Source of the DNA: Candidatus Tayloriibacteriota bacterium
Lineage (GTDB): Bacteria > Patescibacteriota > Minisyncoccia > Phycocordibacterales > PALSA-1337
Length of the DNA stretch: 63,618 nt
Direction: 5' to 3'
Assembly: GCA_037130865.1 (NCBI GenBank)
Contig: JBAXSG010000003.1
Coordinates: 1 to 63,618 of the forward strand
Shown: piece by piece, positions 28,664-38,457 of the stretch
Numbering within the stretch: the stretch's first letter is position 1
Layout of the letters: every line of letters begins with the position of its first letter
The notes under the pieces: generated by a model
Database searches by the model: none
The model's input: the letters and a program-made list of their open reading frames with translations, nothing else
Told to the model about the DNA's origin: nothing
Made by a program: the position numbers and the translations under genes

Positions 28664-30613
28664 TCACTGTGCGACGATACCATCGGCGATCTTGAAGGTT
28701 GGATCCGTACTGAAGCTGGTCAACAAAACATTTTGTGTACTTTGGAGTTGGGAGCCAGTAAATCCATCGAGGGCTGTCAGTGTGGTTTGATTGACCAATA
28801 TCGGAGTTTGACCTATCAGATCGACTCCAGGCAGAAGAGAAATTTGGAAGGCGATCTCTCTACGGCGCAAGGAGCTGTTAGAATAATCACTCAAACTACC
28901 TATATTCCAAGAGACCGTACCGGAATTACTATCAAATGATAATGTCTCGCTTGAAGGGCTGACATTCCCAAGCCATTTTACATAAGCTGGCAATGTAGCC
29001 GTGACCTTGGCACTTCCGACAGAATTTGAAGTATTGTCGACAGTCCAGATGATGGTATAGCTAGTCTCATGTTCGGCTTGTGGCGGTATTGGACCAATAT
29101 TTGCAAATGGTCCTGTTGAACGGACTACACGTCCTGACAAAGATATATTTGAGGAGACTCGTATATTTCTAGAAGCTATAGATGATAGTACCTCTGGAAC
29201 CTGTGTCTCCTGACTTCTATTTCCAGATACATTGGCTGAGACGCTTATTGTTGGATTGACGAGTTGGTTGGAGCCATTATTTAAATCTCTTGGAATCAAT
29301 GAAAATATAATATGCCCAGATCCTCCAGCATCAATCCTTGCCAATTCCGGAGTGGTTTGTTGATTCCAGATAATATCATCTGTAAGTGATTGGAAATATC
29401 CACCGCCTGGCGAGATGGAATTCTTGTCATAAGCATTCCCTGAAATATGAGCAGTGATGACTGCATTTGTTACAGGAACTGCCAAATTATTGAACCATGA
29501 GACAGTCACTTGATGTCTATGACCGAAATCTCCTATAAAATCAGCTGTGGTATTGTCGCTATCTATGGAAATGCCTAACGATACAAACGGTTTCTGAATA
29601 ATGATATTTTGCTGAATAGACATATATCCAGTGCCAATATTCTTCAGATTTGTAGAATCTTGAGCACCAACAGAAAATCTGAAAGATTTCGAATCACTGT
29701 CTTCACCTTGCAACTTTCCGTGGATGATAATATTGCGCTCACCGCCAGATGGTATGTCCCCTATCTTCCATGATGTATTATCGCTAGAAAATGGTCTGAG
29801 ATTGGATGACATAAACATAAAACCGAAAGGATAACTAGATGTGAGCAAGATATTCTTCAGAGTCTGATTTGAGTTGGACTTTATGTTTACAGTCATATCA
29901 AACTCTTGACCGGAAGTTACCTCTTTAAATGAAGAGGCCGTGACTATTATCGGCGAGGAGTTGATGAGCACATCGTAGGTCTTTGTCTTCGTGAAAACCG
30001 CCGAAGAACCTTTTACACTGTAAGTCAAAGCGACCTGTATCTGCTTCTGTATATTCTCTTCTCCGAACATTATCGCCTTCACTGTCTCACGAGAAGTGTC
30101 GCCGGTTCGAAGGTCGCCTATGAACTGTGTGTACTTCTTCAACACTTGAGTCGAATCTGCTGGATCTGTAGTACCATCTGGAAAATTCACAGCCATATCT
30201 ACTGACTGAAGATCGACACTGTTGTTGTTTGTTAAAGCAATATCAAATGACACCGGAGCCCCACCAGGTATGGAGACTGGACCGTTTATGGTTATGTTTA
30301 TGTTGTTGGCTGAGATCAGATTGGCTCCATTGAAGAAAAGGTAGACTCCGACACCGACAGCGACGATACAAAATATGACTGAACCAATCAATAATTTAGT
30401 GAAAAATGTCATGGAATGACTCCCGTTTTGCTTATCGGTTGGTCTATGAAAATTCTCTGGAACTTCCTCTTCAGCTATTGTCTTCCAGGATTTTTGAACC
30501 GTAGAATCGTCATCATGGAATCGCAATTTACGGTGCGTTCGTACATCTGGCGCCGTTCTAGAATAGAGCGACTTCTTCAAATCTTCAATACTACTTTTTT
30601 CATCTGGAGGCAT
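28664..30613 (-). CDS. Membrane-anchored protein with repeated beta-sandwich-like segments, function unknown
   Basis: 649 aa. Single N-terminal TM helix (LLIGSVIFCIVAVGVGVYLFF) then a Ser/Thr/Asn-rich beta-type region. Confidence 0.7.
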   Translation of the reverse strand: MPPDEKSSIEDLKKSLYSRTAPDVRTHRKLRFHDDDSTVQKSWKTIAEEEVPENFHRPTDKQNGSHSMTFFTKLLIGSVIFCIVAVGVGVYLFFNGANLISANNINITINGPVSIPGGAPVSFDIALTNNNSVDLQSVDMAVNFPDGTTDPADSTQVLKKYTQFIGDLRTGDTSRETVKAIMFGEENIQKQIQVALTYSVKGSSAVFTKTKTYDVLINSSPIIVTASSFKEVTSGQEFDMTVNIKSNSNQTLKNILLTSSYPFGFMFMSSNLRPFSSDNTSWKIGDIPSGGERNIIIHGKLQGEDSDSKSFRFSVGAQDSTNLKNIGTGYMSIQQNIIIQKPFVSLGISIDSDNTTADFIGDFGHRHQVTVSWFNNLAVPVTNAVITAHISGNAYDKNSISPGGGYFQSLTDDIIWNQQTTPELARIDAGGSGHIIFSLIPRDLNNGSNQLVNPTISVSANVSGNRSQETQVPEVLSSIASRNIRVSSNISLSGRVVRSTGPFANIGPIPPQAEHETSYTIIWTVDNTSNSVGSAKVTATLPAYVKWLGNVSPSSETLSFDSNSGTVSWNIGSLSDYSNSSLRRREIAFQISLLPGVDLIGQTPILVNQTTLTALDGFTGSQLQSTQNVLLTSFSTDPTFKIADGIVAQ

Positions 30614-30652
30614 TTGACTACTATTTTACTACGAAACAGACACAATGCACAG

Positions 30653-31240
30653 CTAGAGATGTGACTCTTTCAAGGCCTTGTTGATATGCTGATTTATTGA
30701 GGTTCTCTTGCGCATAGCCAGATCCAATAGACTTGGCGTGAAGTCATTTGAATAGATAAAGCCATGAATATCCTTGTCATCACCAATATAGCCGAGCGTA
30801 TGCAGGATGCGAATCACTAGAAGGGATTCGACAGTATCGAGATCTGGCTTTTTATCGATATCAACTTCCTTCAGAAAAGTATTACATGCGAGAAGTGCAT
30901 CAAACAGCTGTGCGTTTGCTTCTTCACCTTGTAAAAGTCGGCGCAAGAGGACGGAGATCTGCGCCCAGAAAGATTGAACCAAGCCATCGTTGTTTGGGGA
31001 GCTAGCGAAATTGCTCTGCGCACTGGTCAATCTCCAGACCTCTTTTCCTCGGACCAGAGAAAATGTTCCGAATGAATAATCAGTTGTATGATAGCGTAGT
31101 TTCGATTTCTCGAAACGAATTCCTTGTGCCACCGCTCTCACCAATCCCATTTCTCGTGTAAAAATCGATATGAGTTTTCCCGCTTCGCCATATTGGCCGG
31201 AACCGACAATAAAACCTGGAGTTGTGTAAATGGCGTGCAT
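30653..31240 (-). CDS. recO: DNA repair protein RecO
   Basis: 195 aa, RecO-like N-terminal OB region. Start codon overlaps the ileS stop (TAATG). Confidence 0.7.
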   Translation of the reverse strand: MHAIYTTPGFIVGSGQYGEAGKLISIFTREMGLVRAVAQGIRFEKSKLRYHTTDYSFGTFSLVRGKEVWRLTSAQSNFASSPNNDGLVQSFWAQISVLLRRLLQGEEANAQLFDALLACNTFLKEVDIDKKPDLDTVESLLVIRILHTLGYIGDDKDIHGFIYSNDFTPSLLDLAMRKRTSINQHINKALKESHL

Positions 31241-34200
31241 TAGTTCAACTTGATCTTCATAGCAATATCCCCAATCTTTAACGCCTCGCCGCTGACATTT
31301 TCACCTGCAACACTCCCCCATTCAATACCTTTCAACAAAGTCGCACGAGATATTGTATCTTTGTTCTTTTCGATAAATTTGTGGCCAACTTCATCAGTTT
31401 CAACAACGATAGTAGCTTTGTCATCTATAGTGAGGCCTTTTTCTTTGCGAAGATCCTGAATAGCACGGATGAGTTCACGAACCATCCCCTCTTCTTTGAG
31501 CTCCGCAGTCATAGTGACATCTAGTTCAACACTCAATCCAACTGTATCTTGCGCCTCGAATATAACTTCTTTTACATTTACTTCGTCCGCGATAATCGAA
31601 ATCAGATCTTTAGTTAAAACTCCTTGTTTCTTATCTTTTAATGACTTGACCTTGAGAGACTGCAGCGGCTGACGAACATTTATCTTGGCAGACATGCGAG
31701 CTTCGAGACCTTGAGAAGCTATTGTACGCACAAGTTTCATGTCAGCAAGTAGTTCTCCGTCTGTCTTTGTAAGTTTGTCCGCGGTTGGCCATGACTCCAG
31801 ATGTACACTTTCGAGACTTCCAGCTACGATTCCACCACCAACTCTGTTATATATATCCTCTGCAACAAAAGGCATAAATGGTGCCATTATTTTAGCAGTC
31901 TCCATAAGCACAAACTTTGTGGTCTCAAGAGCCGCATTTTTCTCAACCAAATCTTCGGCCTTGAAACGATCGCGTGAGCGACGCAGATACCAAGTAGAAA
32001 GATCGTCCACAAGATCCATAAATGGACGTGCGGCGCGATCCAGCTCACCAGCTTCCAATCCGGCAGTAACTTGGGCAATGGTCTCATTTAGACGCACGAT
32101 AATCCAGAGATCGAGGACATTCTTGCTTGCGCTTTGCGATCCACTTTCCCCTTGCGCCTTGCGCCTTTCCCCTTCATTCCCATACATTTCATAAAATGAA
32201 ACTACATTGAGTAGACGGTTGATTACCTTCTTCGTCACTTCGTCTACACCCTTCTCACTGAAGCACAGGTCTTGTGAATGGACGACTGGTGAAGACATGA
32301 GGTAATATCGGAGCGCATCGGCGCTATATTTCTCTACGATTAACATCGGATCGGGATAATTCTGTTTCGACTTCGACATCTTCTCACCATCTTCGGCAAG
32401 GACCATACCATTTACCAAAACTTTCTTGTATGGAGACGTGCCAAACAAAGCCACTCCAAGTACGAGCATACTGTAGAACCAACCACGTGTCTGATCTTGT
32501 CCTTCAGCTATAAAATCAGCTGGGTAAGCCCTGGATCTACGGAATAATCCGCCTAGTACATTACTTCGAGGATCAAACTTCTTGATATCACCAAATGGAT
32601 AATGATTCGATGCCCATGGCATAGCACCGGATTCGAACCAACAATCGAAGACATCTGAAACACGCGTAAGTTTATTGCCATTTTCTGTACGCAATTCTAT
32701 CTCATCGATGAAAGGACGATGTAGGTCGAGCTCATAGTTGGAGTTGTGAGGAAGTGGAATGAAATCAAGTGCACGGAACTCGGCATTATTTAGATAATTA
32801 TCTTTTTCATATTCAACTGTTTCCATATCACTAAAGCCACGACAGACAGCTGTTAAAACAGTCGCAGGACCACCATGAGTAACTATAAGAATAGTCTTGC
32901 CGGAATATTTACTTTCCATGTCATACATAAATTCACCGATACGCTTCCTAATATCAGAATAATTCTCACCAGATTTTGGACCTTTCGTAAAAGCATCTTC
33001 GGTATGGAATTCCTTGCCGAAATCCTCGACTAGCTTGCCCTCCCATTCACCCATAGCCCTCTCATGCAGACGATTGTCCGTGACTATCGATATTTTCTGG
33101 CCCAATCCACGCAAACCAAGACCATCAGCAACTATTTTAGCGGTCTCTTGTGTCCTCATAAATGGCGAAGCAACAATCGTATCTATGCCAAACTTCTTGA
33201 TTGAAGCTGCAGACTTTTTTACTTGTTCTCTACCAACTGCTGTAAGATGATTCGTCTTTTGTGGATCGCCATTCAAAGTCCCGACGACATTTCCCTCTGA
33301 CTGACCATGTCTCATGACATAGTAAGTATTTTTTGCTTTTGAATATTTCTTAATGTCGGCGAGCGAACCAATAATATGCAGCTCACTTGCGCCTTGCGTC
33401 TTGCGCCCTTCCCCTTCTTCGCGCCATACCGGAATCGGAGCGCCCCAAAAACGAGAACGAGATATAGCCCAGTCGCGAGCACCTTCCAACCAATTACCAA
33501 ATCTACCAGAACCAACTTCCTCTGGAACCCAAGATATTTTTTTATTTACTTTGACCAACTTTTCTTTTATGGCTGTGACTTTCACAAACCAAGAAGAAGA
33601 GGCGTAATTGATAAGCGGAGTCTCACAGCGCCAACAATGCGGATATGAGTGCACCAGCTTCTCTTTTTCAAAGAGTTTTCCGCTGTGTGCCAACCATTTT
33701 ATAACTTCAATATCGGCGTTCTGATGCGCATTTTTATCTTCTGGGGTATCTTTCGGCTTCACATGTTGTCCAGCGAAGTCTGTCACCTCTTTTTTGAATG
33801 TACCATCTACAGCCACATGTTGGACAAATGGCAGGTCATACTTCTTGAGCAAGTCGTAATCATCTGCACCAAATGCCGGAGCAATATGCACGATACCAGT
33901 ACCATCTTCAGTGGTTACGAAATCCGCCGCGTAAATCTTCCAGCCATTTTGAGCATTTTTTAGCCCTTTATCGCCAGCACCGCTGGAATTGCGAGAATAA
34001 TAATCAAATAGTGGCTCATACGAAAGTCCGACGAGATCAGATCCGTGGATTTTCTCGACTATCTCATACGGCTTATCTTTAAATGTCGCAGCTAGTCGTG
34101 ATTCCGCGACTATATAAGTCTCACTAGCTGAACCTATTGGTGTATTTTCCGTAGCAACCAGATGAACTTTTACATAGTCGATTTTCGGATTCACCGCCAG

Positions 34201-34929
34201 AGCTACATTCCCTGGCAATGTCCACGGCGTCGTCGTCCAAGCAATCAAGTAGGTTGCGCCCCGCGCTTCACTTTCGCCTTGCGCCTTGCGCTCTGCGCCT
34301 TCATTAACCTTAAACTTCACATAGACAGAAATATCCGTGATGTCTCTGTATCCCTGCGCTACCTCGAAGTTCGAAAGTGTAGTCTCACAACGAGGACAAA
34401 GATTCATGGACTTGAATCCTTCATAGATCAAACCTTTGTCATACAAATTTTTGAATATCCACCAAACGCTTTCAGTGTAAGACGAGTCCATGGTGCGATA
34501 GTCATGATTCATATCCACGAAACGACCGAGACGTGGTATGACCTTGCGCCATTCGTCTGCGTAACGCATAACGCTTCCACGTGCGGTCTCATTGAATTTT
34601 CCAATACCAAAATCTAGAATATCTTTTTTCGACTTTAGTCCCAACTCTTTTTCAATAAGATTTTCCACTGGTAGACCATGACAATCCCAACCCCAACGAC
34701 GCGCCACGTGATAGCCTTGCATGGTTTTGTAGCGAGGTATGACATCTTTCATCGTGCCAGCCAATAAATGGCCGTAGTGCGGCGTACCAGTAGCAAATGG
34801 GGGCCCGTCATAGAAGGTAAATTCGCCCTTCGGTGCCTTCTTCTCCAGCGTCTTTTCAAAAATACCCTTCTCTTTCCAGAAGGACAATATTCGCTCTTCG
34901 CGGTCGCTATGCGTACTCATGATGAGCAT
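31240..34929 (-). CDS. ileS: Isoleucine--tRNA ligase carrying an inserted histidine-phosphatase domain and three short repeat-derived insertions
   Basis: 1229 aa. HIGH-type PHYGHLLAG, WAISRSRFWGAPIPVW, DCWFESGAMPWA, KMSKS. See the separate domain and repeat features. Confidence 0.93.
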   Translation of the reverse strand: MLIMSTHSDREERILSFWKEKGIFEKTLEKKAPKGEFTFYDGPPFATGTPHYGHLLAGTMKDVIPRYKTMQGYHVARRWGWDCHGLPVENLIEKELGLKSKKDILDFGIGKFNETARGSVMRYADEWRKVIPRLGRFVDMNHDYRTMDSSYTESVWWIFKNLYDKGLIYEGFKSMNLCPRCETTLSNFEVAQGYRDITDISVYVKFKVNEGAERKAQGESEARGATYLIAWTTTPWTLPGNVALAVNPKIDYVKVHLVATENTPIGSASETYIVAESRLAATFKDKPYEIVEKIHGSDLVGLSYEPLFDYYSRNSSGAGDKGLKNAQNGWKIYAADFVTTEDGTGIVHIAPAFGADDYDLLKKYDLPFVQHVAVDGTFKKEVTDFAGQHVKPKDTPEDKNAHQNADIEVIKWLAHSGKLFEKEKLVHSYPHCWRCETPLINYASSSWFVKVTAIKEKLVKVNKKISWVPEEVGSGRFGNWLEGARDWAISRSRFWGAPIPVWREEGEGRKTQGASELHIIGSLADIKKYSKAKNTYYVMRHGQSEGNVVGTLNGDPQKTNHLTAVGREQVKKSAASIKKFGIDTIVASPFMRTQETAKIVADGLGLRGLGQKISIVTDNRLHERAMGEWEGKLVEDFGKEFHTEDAFTKGPKSGENYSDIRKRIGEFMYDMESKYSGKTILIVTHGGPATVLTAVCRGFSDMETVEYEKDNYLNNAEFRALDFIPLPHNSNYELDLHRPFIDEIELRTENGNKLTRVSDVFDCWFESGAMPWASNHYPFGDIKKFDPRSNVLGGLFRRSRAYPADFIAEGQDQTRGWFYSMLVLGVALFGTSPYKKVLVNGMVLAEDGEKMSKSKQNYPDPMLIVEKYSADALRYYLMSSPVVHSQDLCFSEKGVDEVTKKVINRLLNVVSFYEMYGNEGERRKAQGESGSQSASKNVLDLWIIVRLNETIAQVTAGLEAGELDRAARPFMDLVDDLSTWYLRRSRDRFKAEDLVEKNAALETTKFVLMETAKIMAPFMPFVAEDIYNRVGGGIVAGSLESVHLESWPTADKLTKTDGELLADMKLVRTIASQGLEARMSAKINVRQPLQSLKVKSLKDKKQGVLTKDLISIIADEVNVKEVIFEAQDTVGLSVELDVTMTAELKEEGMVRELIRAIQDLRKEKGLTIDDKATIVVETDEVGHKFIEKNKDTISRATLLKGIEWGSVAGENVSGEALKIGDIAMKIKLN
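32121..32176 (-). repeat. GC-rich dispersed repeat inserted in frame in ileS (encodes NEGERRKAQGESGSQSAS)
   Basis: rc reads GAAGGGGAAAGGCGCAAGGCGCAAGGGGAAAGTGGATCGCAAAGCGCAAGC. 7-nt periodicity, and it shares the GCGCAAGGNGAAAG core with 7158-7184. Confidence 0.7.
32755..33327 (-). other. Histidine phosphatase (phosphoglycerate-mutase-like) domain embedded in IleRS (about aa 535-725)
   Basis: YYVMRHGQSEGN (RHG catalytic motif), ASPFMRTQETA, ERAMGEWEG, ILIVTHGGPA (second His). Flanked by the IleRS segments IGSLADIKKYS and ELDLHRPFIDEI. Confidence 0.75.
33384..33425 (-). repeat. GC-rich dispersed repeat inserted in frame in ileS (encodes REEGEGRKTQGASE)
   Basis: rc reads GGCGCGAAGAAGGGGAAGGGCGCAAGACGCAAGGCGCAAGTG. 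Confidence 0.6.
34252..34305 (-). repeat. GC-rich dispersed repeat inserted in frame in ileS (encodes NEGAERKAQGESEARGAT)
   Basis: rc reads AATGAAGGCGCAGAGCGCAAGGCGCAAGGCGAAAGTGAAGCGCGGGGCGCAACC. Confidence 0.65.
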
Positions 34930-34941
34930 ATTCTAGCATTT

Positions 34942-36675
34942 TTACATCCTCTCTGGCACCTTGATTCCAAGCAGATCAAGTCCATTTTCCATAATAGTGG
35001 CAAACACCTGCGTAACCGCGACCTTGTAAGTCGCGCTTGGATCTTTCGCATCGGCAATCAAGACTTGTGAATAGAAGCTATTGAAAAGCGAAGCCAGATT
35101 TATCAAGTAATTCGCAATGATGCTCGGCTTGTATGAAGATCCGGCGAATGAGACAACGTGAGGAAAACGCATGAGATATCTTTCGAGCACATCAAGTTGC
35201 GCGATTTCTGGGCGGGTGCCGGCTGCAGCGCCTTTTGATTTAGCGGTGATTCCAATCTCTCTCGCCTTCTCGATAACAGCTCGCGCACGTACACAGGAAT
35301 ATTGCAGATATGGTCCGGAGTCGCCGGTCATATTCATCATCTCATCCCAATCGAAAACGATATCTTGGATGCTGTCTCGCTTCAGGTCATTGAACTTGAT
35401 TGCGGCGACAGCGACGGCGTCAGCACTGTCGGCATTTATTTTCGAGGCACGCACGACGGCTTCATCAAGTAGATCTTCAAGCCAGATGACATTGCCTTTT
35501 CTGGTGGACATCTTGCCATCCTTGAACCTGTAGAGTCCGTGAGCAATATGAAGGCGCTCCTGGGCTGTGAACCAGCCGAGCATAATCTCCGTCTCTATGA
35601 GCTGACGGAAATAAAGATTTTGTTCAGCTCCGACTTCGTTGATGATCATGGCACCTTTACCATAAGTATCCCGTCTGTAGAGATCCGCAGCCAAGTCACG
35701 AGTGGCATATATAGAAGTGCCATCGCTCTTCTCGACGATGAGTGGAGGATATTTCCATTTCTTTGGATCTTCACTGCCAAAGAAGACGACTTTCGCGCCT
35801 TCACTTTCTTTCATAATACCCTTCGCTGCCAATGCGTCTCTGACCGGCTGAATCTTATCTGGAGTCACGAAGAAGCTTTCGCCAATCTCCGTATCTCCCC
35901 TCTTCGGATCAAATGCCACGCCAAGCCTATCATATATCTTGGTGAATTCTTTTTTGGAAATGTCCACACAAGTCTTCCAGGCGTCAGTGATTTTCTGGTC
36001 TGTGCCGCTTTCGAGAAGTTTAAATTTCGCGCGAGCGATATCCTCCAATACCGGATCTTTCTCCGCTTCATCGTGGAACTTAACATAGAGATCGACGAGA
36101 GCTTTTATCGGCCTCTCGCTTTTCTTGATGCCATCGAGACCACCGATATCAGCACCCCAACGGTCGATAGCCACCAAGAGTTTGCCAAATTGTGTGCCCC
36201 AATCACCGAGGTGATTGTCACGAATAACGGAATAACCGAGTGCACTTAGGATACGCGCAATAGAATCGCCGATGACCGTCGAGCGTAAATGTCCAACAGT
36301 GAAGGGCTTAGCAATATTTGGTGAAGAATATTCTACGAGGATCTTTCGGTTATTGCCGATGTTTGGTATTTGGATATCTCGCACGATCTCTGAAACCGCT
36401 TGTGCCGTCAGAGTGAAGTTAATAAATCCAGGCCCAGCAACGGCGACCGTCTTCACAGAGACTGGCTTATTCTTCTCAAATTCCGCCACAATTTTGCTGG
36501 CCAATTCGACGGGCTTCATGCCTAACTTCTTGGCATTGACCATGGCGACATTTGAGGTGAAGTCACCATGCTCGGCATTTTCAGGAAAATCTAGTGCGAT
36601 TGCAGCGACAGAATCGGCATTGACTCCGAGGGTAGATGCGGCCTTTTGTAAGCTGACTAGCAGTTCATTTTTCAT
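34942..36675 (-). CDS. argS: Arginine--tRNA ligase
   Basis: 577 aa. SSPNIAKPFTVGHLRSTVIGDS (HIGH-type), C-terminal anticodon-binding DALR-type region. Confidence 0.93.
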   Translation of the reverse strand: MKNELLVSLQKAASTLGVNADSVAAIALDFPENAEHGDFTSNVAMVNAKKLGMKPVELASKIVAEFEKNKPVSVKTVAVAGPGFINFTLTAQAVSEIVRDIQIPNIGNNRKILVEYSSPNIAKPFTVGHLRSTVIGDSIARILSALGYSVIRDNHLGDWGTQFGKLLVAIDRWGADIGGLDGIKKSERPIKALVDLYVKFHDEAEKDPVLEDIARAKFKLLESGTDQKITDAWKTCVDISKKEFTKIYDRLGVAFDPKRGDTEIGESFFVTPDKIQPVRDALAAKGIMKESEGAKVVFFGSEDPKKWKYPPLIVEKSDGTSIYATRDLAADLYRRDTYGKGAMIINEVGAEQNLYFRQLIETEIMLGWFTAQERLHIAHGLYRFKDGKMSTRKGNVIWLEDLLDEAVVRASKINADSADAVAVAAIKFNDLKRDSIQDIVFDWDEMMNMTGDSGPYLQYSCVRARAVIEKAREIGITAKSKGAAAGTRPEIAQLDVLERYLMRFPHVVSFAGSSYKPSIIANYLINLASLFNSFYSQVLIADAKDPSATYKVAVTQVFATIMENGLDLLGIKVPERM

Positions 36676-36696
36676 AATTATGATTGTAGCAGAAAA

Positions 36697-37944
36697 TCAA
36701 CTCCTCAACACCTCATCTATCTTCTTCGCGATAGCACGGAAATCTTTCTCCTTTTTGCCACGAGTCGTTTCGGCGGCAGAACCTATGCGGATACCAGATG
36801 GATCGACTGGTGAACGCTTATCAAATGGAATGCCGTTCTTATTCGCGATGATGCCAGCTTTCTCTAGTTTGTCGCTAGCATCCTTGCCAGTTACGGCCCC
36901 GGCGCCCTTGGCGTTTTTGACACCACCATTCCAAGTATCGATAAGAATGAGGTGCGAGTCTGTACCTCCAGATATAAGCCTCCAACCACGCTTATTAAGC
37001 TCGTCGGCGAGCGCTGCGGCATTTTTCACTACTTGCTTGGCATACTTCTTGAAAGATGGACTAGAAGCTTCCTTGAGTGCCACGGCGACTGCAGCAATCT
37101 GATTCTCGTGTGGACCTCCCTGCAACCCCGGGAACACAGCTTTATCTATCTTCTTGTCGAGCTCGCGCGCTGGCATTTGTCCTGGTGCGTCCTTACGAAC
37201 AAATATGAGCGCTGACCTCGGACCACGCAAAGTCTTGTGAGTCGTGGTAGTAACAATATCTGCATATGGAAATGGTGCTGGATATGCCCCACCAGCCACT
37301 AAACCAGCGATGTGAGACATGTCGACCATTAGAAGTGCTGGAATACCATTATTAACCGTACCAACAGCATCGGCGATCTCGCGCATCTTCGCCCAATCGA
37401 TACAACGCGGATATGCCGTGTAACCAGCGACAATGATATTCGGTTTTTCTTGGAGTGCCAATTCACGCAAAGCATCATAATTCAAGACTTCAGTTTTCTC
37501 ATCCAAACCATAAGGAACTTGCAACCAGAATTTTCCGGTGGCAGAAACTTTGTGGCCGTGCGTGAGGTGGCCGCCATGAGCCAAAGACATTCCCATAATC
37601 TTGGCTGGCTTGCCGTCATTGTTCAATCCAAGAACACCAACATACACCGCTAGATTCGCTGGTGAACCGGAGAGCGCCTGCACATTTACATGCCACTTTT
37701 TTGGATCGAGTTTGAAAAGTTTCAATGCGCGATCAATACAAAGACTCTCTATCTTGTCGATTATTTCATTACCACCATAATATCTTTTACCTGGATAACC
37801 CTCAGCATATTTATTCGATAGTTCGGAACCAAGTGCTTCCAAAACATCATCTGAAACAAAATTTTCCGAAGCGATCAGGTTTATCACTTTCTTCTGGCGT
37901 TTCTTCTCGGCATCGAGGAGTTTCTTGATTTGGATGTCTTTCAT
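36697..37944 (-). CDS. glyA: Serine hydroxymethyltransferase
   Basis: 415 aa. NLIASENFVS, YAEGYPGKRYYGG, TTTTHKTLRGPR (PLP lysine). Confidence 0.95.
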   Translation of the reverse strand: MKDIQIKKLLDAEKKRQKKVINLIASENFVSDDVLEALGSELSNKYAEGYPGKRYYGGNEIIDKIESLCIDRALKLFKLDPKKWHVNVQALSGSPANLAVYVGVLGLNNDGKPAKIMGMSLAHGGHLTHGHKVSATGKFWLQVPYGLDEKTEVLNYDALRELALQEKPNIIVAGYTAYPRCIDWAKMREIADAVGTVNNGIPALLMVDMSHIAGLVAGGAYPAPFPYADIVTTTTHKTLRGPRSALIFVRKDAPGQMPARELDKKIDKAVFPGLQGGPHENQIAAVAVALKEASSPSFKKYAKQVVKNAAALADELNKRGWRLISGGTDSHLILIDTWNGGVKNAKGAGAVTGKDASDKLEKAGIIANKNGIPFDKRSPVDPSGIRIGSAAETTRGKKEKDFRAIAKKIDEVLRS

Positions 37945-38457
37945 GTTGATAAGATTGGCAAGCTATTAGCCAGATATTAATAATTAAATTGTAGCATAAA
38001 AATGAAAAAGACCGACGCCCACCGTTTGAATCGGGATAGTGTGCGTCGGTCCCCATAGGACACCTAAAACCAGGAGACGTAAAACTCGGTTTCGGTTTGT
38101 CCTTGGTAGGAGGAAATTGTGGAAGGAGTGTCGGTTGCAGGTCATAAGCCATTAACTGAACTCCATTCCCCAGAGACTGATAAAGTCATCGTTGGTAAGG
38201 ATGATTCGAACACCGCAGCCAAGTATCAGTTAGCTGTCTCTAGTGCCGACATCAGCAGTACACGATAAACATTTCAGTTAGGATCGTTGGTGAGATCCTT
38301 TTTTACATCCCCATAAGCCCGGGGACCTGGCGCGCATCTTTGAGAATGCACCTCCTTATGTCATCCGCCTTAAGGCTTTTTCAATACCTCAGGCAAACAG
38401 AACAACCAATGACTAGTATACATAATGCTTATTTGCTTGCAAGGGTTGGAAATACAC
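37945..38457 (-). promoter_or_regulatory. ~510-nt structured untranslated region between thyA and glyA; unclassified leader or small RNA
   Basis: No credible ORF. Strong minus-strand terminator (see 38004-38051) ~60 nt before the glyA ATG. An alternative pairing ATGGGGA / TCCCGAT competes with the terminator stem. A plus-strand hairpin plus T6 lies at 38281-38304. Confidence 0.4.
38004..38051 (-). terminator. Rho-independent terminator/attenuator immediately upstream of glyA
   Basis: Minus strand: GACCGACGCACAC...GGTGGGCGTCGGTC followed by TTTTT. Confidence 0.6.

Noticed and set aside
35539-37102. Long plus-strand ORFs (236 aa and 276 aa) antisense to argS and glyA
   Set aside because: They fully overlap strongly supported synthetase and SHMT genes, and their low-complexity Ser/Ala/Phe-rich products are typical of antisense frames.
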